Assembly (NCBI GenBank): GCA_040756235.1
Contig: JBFLZG010000105.1
Coordinates: forward strand, 1-64,000
Length of the DNA: 64,000 nucleotides
Reading direction: 5' to 3'
DNA from: a bacterium
GTDB lineage: Bacteria; Desulfobacterota; DSWW01
The position numbers were made by a program, and so were the translations under genes. The notes beneath the pieces are model-generated. The model did no database searches. It saw only the letters and a list, made by a program, of their open reading frames with translations, and was not told where the DNA came from. Each line of letters opens with the position of its first letter. Positions within the stretch are counted from its first letter, which is position 1. Below are positions 1 to 9,787 of the stretch, one piece after another.

Positions 1-14
1 TCCATGCCCCCCGT

Positions 15-255
15 GATTCCGGTTGGACGTGGCGCAGCCTCAGGAAAGGGCGACGCATGCGTCGCCCCTACAAGAGGCGGCCCGCCGGTCCCCCGGGCGG
101 GCCCGGCCAGCAGCGCCCCTACAGTGACGGAAGGCGACACCGCCTTCTCGTCTCCGTCATTCCAGCGCACGAAGCCGTGTCATGACCACGCCCGTCATTC
201 CCGCGAGCCCCGGATCGAGTCCGGGGCGGGCGCGGCCAGCAGCGCCCCTACAACC
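15..255. repeat. REP-type palindrome cluster (GTAG- and CGTC-type)
   Basis: GGGCGACGCATGCGTCGCCC at 48-67 and cagcgcccctaca twice; about 80 bp of this stretch recurs as a reverse complement near 18415-18495. Confidence 0.75.
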
Positions 256-431
256 CCCCGAGCGTTGCGATGCGCGAAGTGCCGTGGTAACCTCCCGGTC
301 AAACGGATCTGCGGCGCCCCTTTTCCTCGAGCCGCGGGGCTCCGCGTGCGCCGCCTCCGATCCGATCGTACGGTGTCGTCCGCGGCCGCAGCCGCCAATG
401 GCCACGGGCGCCCCGCCGGGCTGAAAGGCCG

Positions 432-1853
432 ATGGAAACCGATCCGGCAGAGCTGCAGCCGTTCTTCTCCCCCCGCTCACTGGTCGTCTACGGCGCCAGT
501 GAAGATGCCGAGAAGACGGGAGGCCGCATCTATTTTCTCCTGCAGCGCTACGGCCGCCCGGTGTTCGCGATCCACCCGAGCGCGGACCGCATCGGCGAAT
601 CTCCCGTCTACCGCAGCGCCCGGTCGCTGCCCGAGGCGCCCGACCTCGCCGTTCTTGCCGTGAGCGCCCGCCGCTGCGAGGAGGCGCTCGCCGACGCCCT
701 GGAGGCAGGCGTCAAGGCCGTGGTGGCCGTGGCCTCGGGATTCGGCGAGACCGGCCCGGAGGGGCTGGAGGCAGAGCGCAGGCTCGTCCGGCTCGCCCGC
801 AGCCGGGGCGCGCGCCTGCTCGGCCCCAACACGCTCGGCCTGTTCCTGCCGCACAAGCGCCTGGACACCCTGTTCGTCGAGCACGGCGACCGGTCTCTGC
901 TCCCGGGAGGCTCGATCGCGGTCGTCTCGCAGTCCGGATCCGTGGGAGTGGAGGCCCTCGGGTACGCTTCGGCCTCCGGGTTCGGCTTGCGCGCCTTCGT
1001 GGGGCTGGGCAACAAGAGCGACCTCAACGAGATGGACATGGCCGCCTGGTTCGGCCGGGACGAAGGGTGCCGCGTGCTCGGCTTCTACCTGGAAGACCTG
1101 GTCGACGGCAGACCGTTTCTGGAGGAGCTCTCGCGCATCGCTGCCCGCAAGCCGATCGTTCTTCTCAAGGGCGGCCGCACCGCCGAGGGCGCCCGCGCCG
1201 TGGTCTCCCACACGGGCGGCCTGGCCGGGAGCGGAAGCGTGGCGCACGGCGCCTGGCGCCAGTTCGGTGTTCTCAGCGCCCGGGACGACCTGCATTTCTG
1301 CGACATCTGCAAGGTCCTTTCCCTCTGCCCGCCCATGGCCGGCGATCGGGTGGCGATCCTGAGCCCTGCAGGCGGCTACGGCGTCATGGCAGTCGACGCC
1401 CTGGCCTCGCTCAAAGGACCCGTAGGGCTGCGCGTGGCCGAGCTCGGCCCTGAGACCATTTCCCGACTGCGCGAGGTGCTTCTTCCTTTTGCGTCCCCTC
1501 AGAACCCGGTAGATCTCACGGCCGCCTGCACCGATGCGACCTACGATCGGGTCCTGGACATCCTCATGCGCGCACCGGAGGTGGACGCCCTGCTGGTCGT
1601 GGGGTTCTTTGCGCCCGAGGGGATCTCGAGCCGCCTGGTCAACATCATCGCCACCCGGAACCGGCAGAGCCGGAAGCCCATGGTCGTCTTTTCCATGTAC
1701 GGCCCTTTTACCGACCAGTACCTTCTCGGATTCTATGACCGGGGAGTGGCGGCGTTCGGGTCCCTGTCCCGGGCCGTGGACGCCCTGGTGGCCCTGCGCG
1801 AGCGCAGGATGTTCCTGGACAGGCTCGGGGCGCGGCCGGGTGCACCCCGGTAG
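432..1853 (+). CDS. NDP-forming acyl-CoA synthetase, CoA-binding (alpha-like) subunit
   Basis: FFSPRSLVVYGAS, LLGPNTLG, VSQSGS, GLGNKSDL and the phospho-His motif SHTGGLAG; no ATP-grasp domain in the ORF. Confidence 0.85.
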   Translation: METDPAELQPFFSPRSLVVYGASEDAEKTGGRIYFLLQRYGRPVFAIHPSADRIGESPVYRSARSLPEAPDLAVLAVSARRCEEALADALEAGVKAVVAVASGFGETGPEGLEAERRLVRLARSRGARLLGPNTLGLFLPHKRLDTLFVEHGDRSLLPGGSIAVVSQSGSVGVEALGYASASGFGLRAFVGLGNKSDLNEMDMAAWFGRDEGCRVLGFYLEDLVDGRPFLEELSRIAARKPIVLLKGGRTAEGARAVVSHTGGLAGSGSVAHGAWRQFGVLSARDDLHFCDICKVLSLCPPMAGDRVAILSPAGGYGVMAVDALASLKGPVGLRVAELGPETISRLREVLLPFASPQNPVDLTAACTDATYDRVLDILMRAPEVDALLVVGFFAPEGISSRLVNIIATRNRQSRKPMVVFSMYGPFTDQYLLGFYDRGVAAFGSLSRAVDALVALRERRMFLDRLGARPGAPR

Positions 1854-1881
1854 GGTGGACAAAGCCCAAGGCGTGTCCACC
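1850..1881. repeat. GTAG-type REP
   Basis: gtagggtggacaaagc...gtgtccacc; a related inverted copy lies at 30568-30597. Confidence 0.6.
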
Positions 1882-2020
1882 AACACCGGCGCCGACGAGC
1901 GAGCGCAGCCGCCGTGGCCGCAGCTTTTCGCCATCCCGGCGGTAGGTACGAAAAATTTTTCGCCCCTACGAACGACACAAACGACCCTGGAAGGGGACAC
2001 GAAGTCCCAAGGAGGGCTCC

Positions 2021-3241
2021 ATGTTCCGACTCAACGACACCCACCTCATGATCCAGGACATGTTCCGCCAGTACATGATGAAAGAGATCGAGCCGGTGAT
2101 CAACGCGGTCGAGGACGGCGAGGTCCCGGTCTTCGACCCCCTGCGCCGAATGGTGGAGACCCTGGGGATCCGCGCGCAGGTGGAGAGCATGGACCTCAGC
2201 AGGCCCGCGCCCGCCCTGGCCGGGGCGCGCGAGAAGCGAGAGCCCGACCCGGACAACCCGATGGAAGGAATGGAGATCGTGGCCGGCAACCTCCTCATCA
2301 AGGAGCTGGCCCGGGTGAGCCCGGGCGCGGCCATGTCCTTCGGGGTCACGACCGGGCTGGCCGGCGGCACGATCCTGGGCAAGGGGACCCCGGAGCAGAA
2401 GCGGGCGTTCGGGCTCCCGCTCCTCATGCTCGACCAGATCGGCGCCTGGTGCCTGACCGAGCCCGGCGCCGGCTCGGACGCCCTGGGGAGCATGCGGACG
2501 ACGGCCGTCGAGGACGGCGACTTCTTCGTCCTCAACGGCTCCAAGACCTTCATCACGAACGGTCCGGTAGCCGATGTCTTCGTGGTCTACGCCAAGCTCG
2601 AGCGCGGTGGCGCGGGCAAGGAGATCCAGAACTTCATCGTCCTCAGGGAGGACCCGGGGCTCTCCACCGGGAAGCCGTTCGAGAAGATGGGCATGAAGGC
2701 CTCGCCCACGAGCGAGGTCTTCTTCGAGGATTGCCGCATCCCCAGGGACAGGCTCATCGGCGGGGCGCGCGAGAAGAAGAGCCGCGACCATGTGAAGGAA
2801 GGGCTCGCCACGGAGCGGAGCGGCCTGCCGGCCATGGCGCTCGGCGTGATCGAGCGCTGCTTCGAGATCGCGGTGCGGTACGCCCGCGAGCGCAGCCAGT
2901 TCGGCCGGCCCATCATCGAGTTTCAGCTGATCCAGAGCCGCCTGGCCCGCATGTACGTCGCCCTGGAGAACGTGCGCAACATCTTTCTCAAGACCATCGA
3001 GCAGACGATCTACGGCGGGCTCACGCGGCTGGACGTCTGCGCGGGCAAGATCTACTCCTCCGAGATGGCCACGTGGGTGGCCAACGAGGCGATCTCCATT
3101 CTGGGCGGGTACGGCTACATGCGGGAGTACGTCATCGAGCGGCTGGCCCGGGACGCCAAGCTGCTCGAGATCGGGGCCGGCACCGCGGAGATGCAGATCC
3201 TCACCATGGGGGAGGAGCTGGCCACGAACTGGCGACCCTAG
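2021..3241 (+). CDS. Acyl-CoA dehydrogenase
   Basis: WCLTEPGAGSD, LNGSKTFITNG, RSQFGRPI, GGYGYMREY, EIGAGT; AAGGAGG RBS. Confidence 0.93.
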   Translation: MFRLNDTHLMIQDMFRQYMMKEIEPVINAVEDGEVPVFDPLRRMVETLGIRAQVESMDLSRPAPALAGAREKREPDPDNPMEGMEIVAGNLLIKELARVSPGAAMSFGVTTGLAGGTILGKGTPEQKRAFGLPLLMLDQIGAWCLTEPGAGSDALGSMRTTAVEDGDFFVLNGSKTFITNGPVADVFVVYAKLERGGAGKEIQNFIVLREDPGLSTGKPFEKMGMKASPTSEVFFEDCRIPRDRLIGGAREKKSRDHVKEGLATERSGLPAMALGVIERCFEIAVRYARERSQFGRPIIEFQLIQSRLARMYVALENVRNIFLKTIEQTIYGGLTRLDVCAGKIYSSEMATWVANEAISILGGYGYMREYVIERLARDAKLLEIGAGTAEMQILTMGEELATNWRP

Positions 3242-3327
3242 CGGGTAGGGGCCAAGTGCCAAACCTGCCCCTGCGAGCAGCCTCGGCTGAAGATGACGAA
3301 GCGCGACAGAGTCTCGCAGGCCTTTTC

Positions 3328-3552
3328 CGTCATTCCGGCGCACCCCGGATCAGGTCCGGGGCAGGGGCCGGAATCCAGTCCCTGCCCCGGTCACCCCAGC
3401 GCATTCCGGTCAGTCTCCTGGATCCCGGCCAACACGCGCTGCGCAGAGGGGCCGGGATGACGAAAAACGACCCGCCACCCCCGGGTAGGGGCAGGGTCCA
3501 AACCTGCCCCTACAGTCCACTTGTGAGGGCGACGCATGCGTCGCCCCTACAA
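3328..3552. repeat. REP doublet (CGTC-type) plus GTAG-type REPs
   Basis: gtcattccggc...gccggaatccag and ctggatcccggc...gccgggatgac; GGGCGACGCATGCGTCGCCC at 3527-3546. Confidence 0.75.
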
Positions 3553-3590
3553 GAGCCGCAGGCCGCCGCGGCCTCCGTACGATGTCGCCG

Positions 3591-4112
3591 TCAGGCCGAC
3601 TCTTTGCGGCGGCGGCCGGTGTCGGCTGGCGGTTGGCCATAGGCTCGCTTCAAGCCTTCGATGTCGAGCTTTTTCATTTGGAGCAGCGCCTGCGTGACTC
3701 TTTCCGACTTTTCGGGGTCGGCATCGCTCATCATCTCTCCGATGAACGTGGGAACGACCTGCCATGATACGCCGTACTTGTCTTTCAGCCAGCCGCATTC
3801 CCCCTCTTCCCCGCCGTCGGAAAGCTTTTTCCACAGATCGTCGATATCCTTCTGCGTGTCGCAGCTCACGGCAAACGAGATGGCAGGCGAGAACGTGAAG
3901 ATCGGTCCGCCGTTCAATGCGACGAATGGTTGTCCTTCGAGCTCGAACGCCACGGTCATGACGGACCCCTTGGCTCTTCCGGAGGCCTTTGCCCCTGCTT
4001 CGCCGTAGCGGGCAACCTTCACGATCCTGGAATTCCTGAAAACGGAGACGTAGAATCTCGCCGCCTCTTCGGCTTGGTCATCGAACCACAGGAACGGAGT
4101 GATTTTCTGCAT
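3591..4112 (-). CDS. VOC family (PhnB-like, 3-demethylubiquinone-9 3-methyltransferase domain) protein
   Basis: MQKITPFLWF, ALNGGP, CGWLKDKYGVSWQ, MKKLDI. Confidence 0.9.
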   Translation of the reverse strand: MQKITPFLWFDDQAEEAARFYVSVFRNSRIVKVARYGEAGAKASGRAKGSVMTVAFELEGQPFVALNGGPIFTFSPAISFAVSCDTQKDIDDLWKKLSDGGEEGECGWLKDKYGVSWQVVPTFIGEMMSDADPEKSERVTQALLQMKKLDIEGLKRAYGQPPADTGRRRKESA

Positions 4113-4383
4113 AGGATTTCCCTTCGTCCCGGGCTTTGCCGGGATCCTCACGAGGTCTTGTCTTTCTTAAGAATGAGCTTTCCTTTAGATGGTCGTTCCG
4201 GGATGCCGCTGCTCGACACCGGACACCTGAATAAAATCGACAGAGGGGGGAAAGAGTAACAGGGTGTCGGCCGGTCGCGTTTGCAGGCTATCTGTGCCTG
4301 GACGGCGGCCGGCTGTACCTCAGAACGGTGCCGGATGGGGCGCGCGCAGAAGCGGAGTGGTCTCTTCTTGCACTACGATGGGG

Positions 4384-4665
4384 CTAGGACTGCGCATTAC
4401 CCACAAGTCAATCTGAAAGATCACACTGACTCTGTCCGTCATCCCGGCCCCGCCGCGTAGCGCGTGCGAGCCGGGATCCAGAAGTCTGCACAAGGGCACG
4501 GAGGTGTCATCACGCGGAGCAGGGACTGGACCCCGGCCTGCGCCGGGGTGACGGAACTGAGGAAAGCGCGGCTGTCCGCTCCCCGGTCCTCCCGAATGGC
4601 GGTTTCGAGCTGGATTTCGCGTTGCGTCCCTGATGGGCCGACTTGTGGGTAAAGGGCAGGGCTAG
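4384..4665. mobile_element. MITE-like element bounded by CTAG, enclosing a REP doublet
   Basis: Ends are CTAGGACTGCGCATTACCCACAAGTC and GACTTGTGGGTAAAGGGCAGGGCTAG, a 22/26 inverted match with a 13-bp perfect core; no transposase. Confidence 0.6.
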
Positions 4666-5372
4666 GATACCCGTGTGCCCTCGATGATGCTGACTTCCGC
4701 GGCTGTGGGGATGACTCGGTCTAGCTTCAGTCCCGCAGCGGCAAACAAATGGCCGTATTCCTCCTGCGTCCGTTCCCGACCATCGACCAGCAGCATCATG
4801 AGATCCAGCCACTTGCCGAAACAGGGTTCATTCGCGGGCGGGATGACCGTCTCGACGACCAGTACCCTGCCATGAGCGTTCATCGCCTCTCCGCAATTGC
4901 GCAGGATAGAGATCGCCTCGCGATCCTGCCAATCATGCAGGACGTGCTGCAGGATGTAAGCATCCGCCCCCGCGGATATCGAAGACAAGAAATCTCCTCC
5001 CTCGATCCGAACGCGACCGTCCAAACCCAACCCCGAGAAGGCGGAGCGCGCTCGGTCGGCGACAGCAGGAAGGTCGAACAAGACTCCATGAACTGCGGGA
5101 TGGCGGTTGAGGATCGCACTCAAGAGCACGCCGCTACCGCCGCCTACATCAACGACCGTGCGAAATGTGGCGAAGTCGTAGGCCTCAAGGATAGGGCCCG
5201 TCTCCGCTTTCCCGAAAGCTCCCATTGCGGAGTCGTAGATCCTGTGCCTTTCCGGATGCTCCGTCATATACTGAAAAAAGGGCACGCCGAACCTCTTTTC
5301 GAAGCCCGGTTCTCCCGTACGTACAGAATATAGAAGCTCACCCCATGCTTGATGAAACTCCGCCCCGATCAT
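4662..5372 (-). pseudogene. O-methyltransferase family 2, N-terminally truncated
   Basis: VVDVGGGSG, LFDLPAV, GGDFL, HVLHDW, LDLMML..GRERT; the N-terminal dimerisation domain is absent and the upstream frame runs into a REP. Confidence 0.65.
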
Positions 5373-5569
5373 GATGGCAGGGGCCGGGCCAACTGTATCA
5401 TTTTGGAGAGGGGAGGTTTCGCGCCTCGTTGTATCGCTTGCTGAGGGCGCTGGCCAGCGTTTCCTCTTTTCCCGCAGGCACATGGACATCTCGTCCAAGA
5501 GCGCGATCAAGCCTCCCTGTAGGGCGACGCGTGCGTCGCCCTTACAAGAGCCGAAGGTTGGCCGGGTGC

Positions 5570-6424
5570 TCACGCGCCGGCCTTCTGCCCTTTCTTCTCG
5601 TACCACTGGGCGACGCGGGGCGCGTGCTTCATCGCGACCCCCATCGCCTTCTGCATCGCCTCGGCCATGGCCTTCTGCTCCTCGCCGGACAGGGACTCCC
5701 ACTTCGGGAACTCCATGTCCTTCCACCAGTCCGGACGGGTCTTCATGCACGGCTTCGTGCTTCCCGAGAAGGACAACCAGTGAACCAGCGTGGACTGCAT
5801 GAGCCACTGGCGCTGCTCGGCCTGGGTGGCCGCCGCCACGTTCTCCCCGCGGCTGAACCAGAGGAAGTCGCCCGGCGGGCCCACCGGGATCCCGATCACG
5901 GCGCTGCAACCCGCGAGGTATCCCACGGCCGCCGCACACCCGCCCAGCGTGCCCATCGCCCGGCCTTCGTACCGGTACTGCGAGATCGCCGCGCAGGCGA
6001 AGTCGCAGGCCATGCCGAAGTCGATCGCCTTCCAGTTGCAGGTCGGGCCCCCGAACAGGGCAGCCTGGCTCCGGTTCTTGGCTGCGTAGGAGTTGAACTC
6101 GGCGCAGCTCTCGAACCCGCACGCGCCGCAATCCCAACCCATCTCCGACCGCGTCAGGTCCGCCCCCAGGAGCAGAATGGGCGGCGGCGTCCCGCTCTTC
6201 AGGAAGTGGTTGTACGAGTAGAAGTCGAACCGCGTCACGGGCGAAACCGGGATCACGGACTCGAAGAATTCCACGATCGGCGCCTGGTCCTCGCCGGTCA
6301 CGATCTCGCTCCTGAGCTCGAGCCTCGCCGTCGTCTGGGGCGCCCGGTGCGCCGCCGCTGCCGCCAGCTTCGCCACCTCCAGAGAAGCCTCGTAGGAAGC
6401 CTGCTTTCCGTCCAGTCTGGCCAT
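5570..6424 (-). CDS. DUF2148-like ferredoxin-domain protein
   Basis: AAHRAP, CGACGFESC...GPTC, DFGMA, GIPV. Confidence 0.75.
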   Translation of the reverse strand: MARLDGKQASYEASLEVAKLAAAAAHRAPQTTARLELRSEIVTGEDQAPIVEFFESVIPVSPVTRFDFYSYNHFLKSGTPPPILLLGADLTRSEMGWDCGACGFESCAEFNSYAAKNRSQAALFGGPTCNWKAIDFGMACDFACAAISQYRYEGRAMGTLGGCAAAVGYLAGCSAVIGIPVGPPGDFLWFSRGENVAAATQAEQRQWLMQSTLVHWLSFSGSTKPCMKTRPDWWKDMEFPKWESLSGEEQKAMAEAMQKAMGVAMKHAPRVAQWYEKKGQKAGA

Positions 6425-6426
6425 GG

Positions 6427-7221
6427 CTATTTCTCCTCCTCACCCTGCTTCCTGGGAATCTGGGTCCGGTAGTCGAAGTGGATCCCCGAGCCGGTCTGCC
6501 GGTTGATGACGAAGGTCTTGCGCGCGCTGTCCACCACCTTGTCCATGTTGATCAGGTGATAGTCGATGCCGATGTCCTGGTACGGGCTCTTGGAGAGCGT
6601 GGCCATCGGCACGCCCACGACGATCGCCGAGTTCGGGCAGTAGCCGACCTTCTGGCCCGCCAGGCCCACGCTCATGAAGGGCCGCGCATCCACCAGGAGC
6701 GTCTGCGCCATCCACACCGCCGAGCCCACCACGTAGCCCAGATCGTCGACCCGGACCGAGCACAGCGGACCCTTGATCGGGGTCGCGCTCCGGCGGTCCG
6801 TCACGTCGATCAGCCCGTTCTTGTTCTCCCGGCGCTCGTACATATGCGCGCATCCGACTGCCCCGCCGCACATCCCGCAGTTGGCGTCGAGCGGGGTTTC
6901 GTGGGCCCGGTAGTCCCCGAGGAAAAGGATCACGTCCGACTCCCGGACCATCACCGCTTCGTTCAGGAAGCGCCTCTTCCATTTCTCGTTCGTGTATGCC
7001 AGCTCCTCCATCTTCCGGGCCACCTTCTCCATCTCCTCCTGCCCGTACACCAGGTGTGCGTCGATCTGCGGCACACCCCCCGCGACCGGCGCGGTCAGGG
7101 CCGCGTTCAGGACCAGTTTCGCCGCCACCAGCACCGCTTCCTTCCGCCTCAGGTCCTGAGGGGAATGCCGCGGCCACTCGTTCACGTACTCCTCGCCCCG
7201 CAACTGATCGAACCGCTCCAT
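6427..7221 (-). CDS. DUF2148-like ferredoxin-domain protein (paralog)
   Basis: AALTAP, CGMCGGAVGC...GPLC, DDLGYVVGSA, VDARPFMSVG, GVPM; AAGGAGG RBS. Confidence 0.8.
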   Translation of the reverse strand: MERFDQLRGEEYVNEWPRHSPQDLRRKEAVLVAAKLVLNAALTAPVAGGVPQIDAHLVYGQEEMEKVARKMEELAYTNEKWKRRFLNEAVMVRESDVILFLGDYRAHETPLDANCGMCGGAVGCAHMYERRENKNGLIDVTDRRSATPIKGPLCSVRVDDLGYVVGSAVWMAQTLLVDARPFMSVGLAGQKVGYCPNSAIVVGVPMATLSKSPYQDIGIDYHLINMDKVVDSARKTFVINRQTGSGIHFDYRTQIPRKQGEEEK

Positions 7222-7362
7222 GTCTGCCTCCTTTCTGGCCAGATCCCCCGTCGATCCGCAGGATCGACACGTGAGGCCAAAGATAGACGCGATGAGGCCA
7301 GCAGATCAATCCTTTTCTGCAGAAGCGCGCCCACGAGACAGAGGCTTGTGAAGCGCCAACAC

Positions 7363-8340
7363 TTACTTGACGTACTTGACCTTCGTGGCGTGCCACCCTT
7401 CCCACCGCTTGGTCCAGTACAGGTCGTGCAGCCTGGCCGTGATCGGGCCGGTGCCCGAGCGCCCTCCGATGGCCTTTCCGTCAATGGTCCCCGCCGGCAT
7501 GATCCCGCCGGCTGTGGAGGTCATGAAGATCTCGTCAGCGCCACGGAGTTGAGCGGCTGTGATGTTGGCTTCCTGCACCGGGATGCCCTCCATCCGGCAC
7601 AGATCCATGATGGTGAGGCGTGTGATCCCTTCCAGGCAGCCGAAGGACGGTGTCAGGACGCGGCCGCCCTCGACCAGGAAGAGATTGGACCCAGGGCACT
7701 CGGTGACATAGCCTTCGACACCGAGCAGCACGCTCCAGAAGGCGCCTCTCTGACCTGCCTCGAACAGGGACATGGTCAGATCCAGCCAGTGGAAGTTCTT
7801 CACCGTCGGGTCCACGGCGTTGGGAGGAATGCGGACGCGGGAATCGCTGATGATCAGGTCAAACCCACGGGTGCGCTGCTCATCGTCGATGAGCGAGACA
7901 TACGGGATCGCGAACGCGTAGAACCGGTTCTGGTACTTTTCGGGCTTAAGCCGATCGCAGGCTTCGTGGGGTGTATCTCCCCGGGTGATCGCCCACCATA
8001 CATACGAGTCCTTGAGTCCGGCCAGGCGGACGCATTCGACCAGGATCTCGCGCATTCGATCCCGATCATATGGAAAACCCAGATAAATCTTGGGCACACC
8101 CCGCATAAAGCGGTCCAGATGGTCCTCCAAGCGAAAGAACATGCCCCTCGAGACGCTCACGACGTCGTAGCAGGCGTCGGCCCGCAGGAAACCGGCATCC
8201 GTGATCGGTACTGCCGCCTCCTCGATCGGCAGGTACTTATCCATGATGTATGCCACGCCGTAACTGAACCTCGGATCTGCTGGAGTCTGCTTGTGCCGTT
8301 CGTCGCTCTCCATGGTAGCCAAGACGTTGATCATGTTCAT
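7363..8340 (-). CDS. Fold-type IV PLP aminotransferase, (R)-amine transaminase-like
   Basis: DAGFLRADACYDV, FRLEDHLDRF, DPTVKNFHWLD, LEGITR, TSTAGG. Confidence 0.88.
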   Translation of the reverse strand: MNMINVLATMESDERHKQTPADPRFSYGVAYIMDKYLPIEEAAVPITDAGFLRADACYDVVSVSRGMFFRLEDHLDRFMRGVPKIYLGFPYDRDRMREILVECVRLAGLKDSYVWWAITRGDTPHEACDRLKPEKYQNRFYAFAIPYVSLIDDEQRTRGFDLIISDSRVRIPPNAVDPTVKNFHWLDLTMSLFEAGQRGAFWSVLLGVEGYVTECPGSNLFLVEGGRVLTPSFGCLEGITRLTIMDLCRMEGIPVQEANITAAQLRGADEIFMTSTAGGIMPAGTIDGKAIGGRSGTGPITARLHDLYWTKRWEGWHATKVKYVK

Positions 8341-8491
8341 CCTCCTTCTCTTTGTCGACTCCCCGGGACATCAAGTTGCCGAGTGGTGAAGCCGATGAAT
8401 CCCGTTACGTCGGTAACCAGTTTTTTCATGGAGCACCCCCTGGCAGGAGCTCGATCCTGTGCCGATTCACCAACGGACCTTCCGTCAGCCG

Positions 8492-9787
8492 CTACTGAAC
8501 ATAGAGCTTCACCTCCAGATAGAAGCTATAGGGGTATGTGCCGAACTCGCTGTTCAGCCCGACCTGGGGAACGCCGAGGGCGCTGCTCGGCAGCGCGAAG
8601 GTCGGTGTCTCCCCCACCGGGATGGTGACTCCGAGCGTAGCGGAAGCATTGTCGGCCACGGAATAGTCGAGCCCGGGGTTGAGGACCGCAGAGGGGTCCG
8701 TGAGATTCACCAGCACGTTGAACATGCCCGCCAGGATGGGGAAGATCTCGTAGGTGGCCCCCAGGCCCAGATAGTGCCTGCCCAGCTGAAAGGTGCCGCG
8801 CGAGAGAATGCGCTCGTCCTGCAGAGCGCGGACCAGGCCCGGTCCGTCCGTCGTGCCGGCCCCGAAGTAGTAGTACTCTCCGAGCAGGTAGGGGCCTTTT
8901 CCCGGAAAACGGTAGTCCGCCCCCGCAACGATCTGGCCGTAGTCCGATCCGTCGCGCACCTTGTTGAAGAGAGCCTCCCCATGAATCCCGATCCCCGTCT
9001 CTGCGAGGTCTCCGGCAAAGTCCCCGCCCGCCACTTCGTCGGTCCTGACTCTCCCGGCGAGCAGGCTGAAGTCATAGTTCCACCAGAGGGTCTTGAAACG
9101 GACGAGACCGGCCGAGCGGTCCGGATCGCCGTCCCTCCCAAAGGCCCAGACGATCCGCGTCTCCGTGAAGCCCCCCAGCGCAAGGGAGAGGCTCGCCGCG
9201 TCCGTACCTGCCTTGAACTCCCGGTCGATCTGCAGCGGGCCGAACGGGCTGAAGAGGTCGGTGGGCTGCCAGAACCGGCCCGTGCCCCAGGTGATGGCCT
9301 GTCTGCCGAAGATGAAGTCGAGCTTCTTCCAGGCGACGGACAGGGAGAGCCGGTCGAGCTCGTGGCGCCAGAGAAAATCGCTGGTCTCCTCCAGGTCCCA
9401 GGCCAGCGCCGTGTAGCGGAAGGCGCTGCCCGTGTCGCCCACGGTTCGGGTGCCGAGCAAAGAGAGCGGAGCCTGCTCGAAATCGAGAAAAGTCAGATGC
9501 TGGTAATGGACCTCGACCGACGTGCGGAAAGGGAAGCGCGCGTCAGCCATGAGCCGGGCGCGCTGGTAGTCCGTGGAGAAGACGCGATCCTCCTCGCCGG
9601 GGATCTCGTAGAAGCGGTTGCCCAGGAAGAGGTTCTTGTAGGTGGCCCCCAGGGCCAGGGAGGTCTCGCCCTGCTGATACAGCTCTCGGGCAGGGAGAGG
9701 CGAAGGGTTCCGGAGGGCGGACACGAGAGCGAGCCCAAAGAAGAGCAAAGCAGCGCTCTCTCTCGGACGCCGCGCGTGTGCTCTCAC
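8492..9787 (-). CDS. Predicted outer-membrane beta-barrel protein of the Lol-like ABC cassette
   Basis: Signal peptide, GRQAITWGTG..WQPTDLF motif, C-terminal YLEVKLY beta-signal; overlaps the ABC ATPase gene. Confidence 0.65.
   Translation of the reverse strand: MRAHARRPRESAALLFFGLALVSALRNPSPLPARELYQQGETSLALGATYKNLFLGNRFYEIPGEEDRVFSTDYQRARLMADARFPFRTSVEVHYQHLTFLDFEQAPLSLLGTRTVGDTGSAFRYTALAWDLEETSDFLWRHELDRLSLSVAWKKLDFIFGRQAITWGTGRFWQPTDLFSPFGPLQIDREFKAGTDAASLSLALGGFTETRIVWAFGRDGDPDRSAGLVRFKTLWWNYDFSLLAGRVRTDEVAGGDFAGDLAETGIGIHGEALFNKVRDGSDYGQIVAGADYRFPGKGPYLLGEYYYFGAGTTDGPGLVRALQDERILSRGTFQLGRHYLGLGATYEIFPILAGMFNVLVNLTDPSAVLNPGLDYSVADNASATLGVTIPVGETPTFALPSSALGVPQVGLNSEFGTYPYSFYLEVKLYVQ

Noticed and set aside
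4662..6443. 593-aa ORF suggesting a long methyltransferase fusion
   Set aside because: The N-terminal part is an alternative frame of the DUF2148 gene plus translated REP sequence
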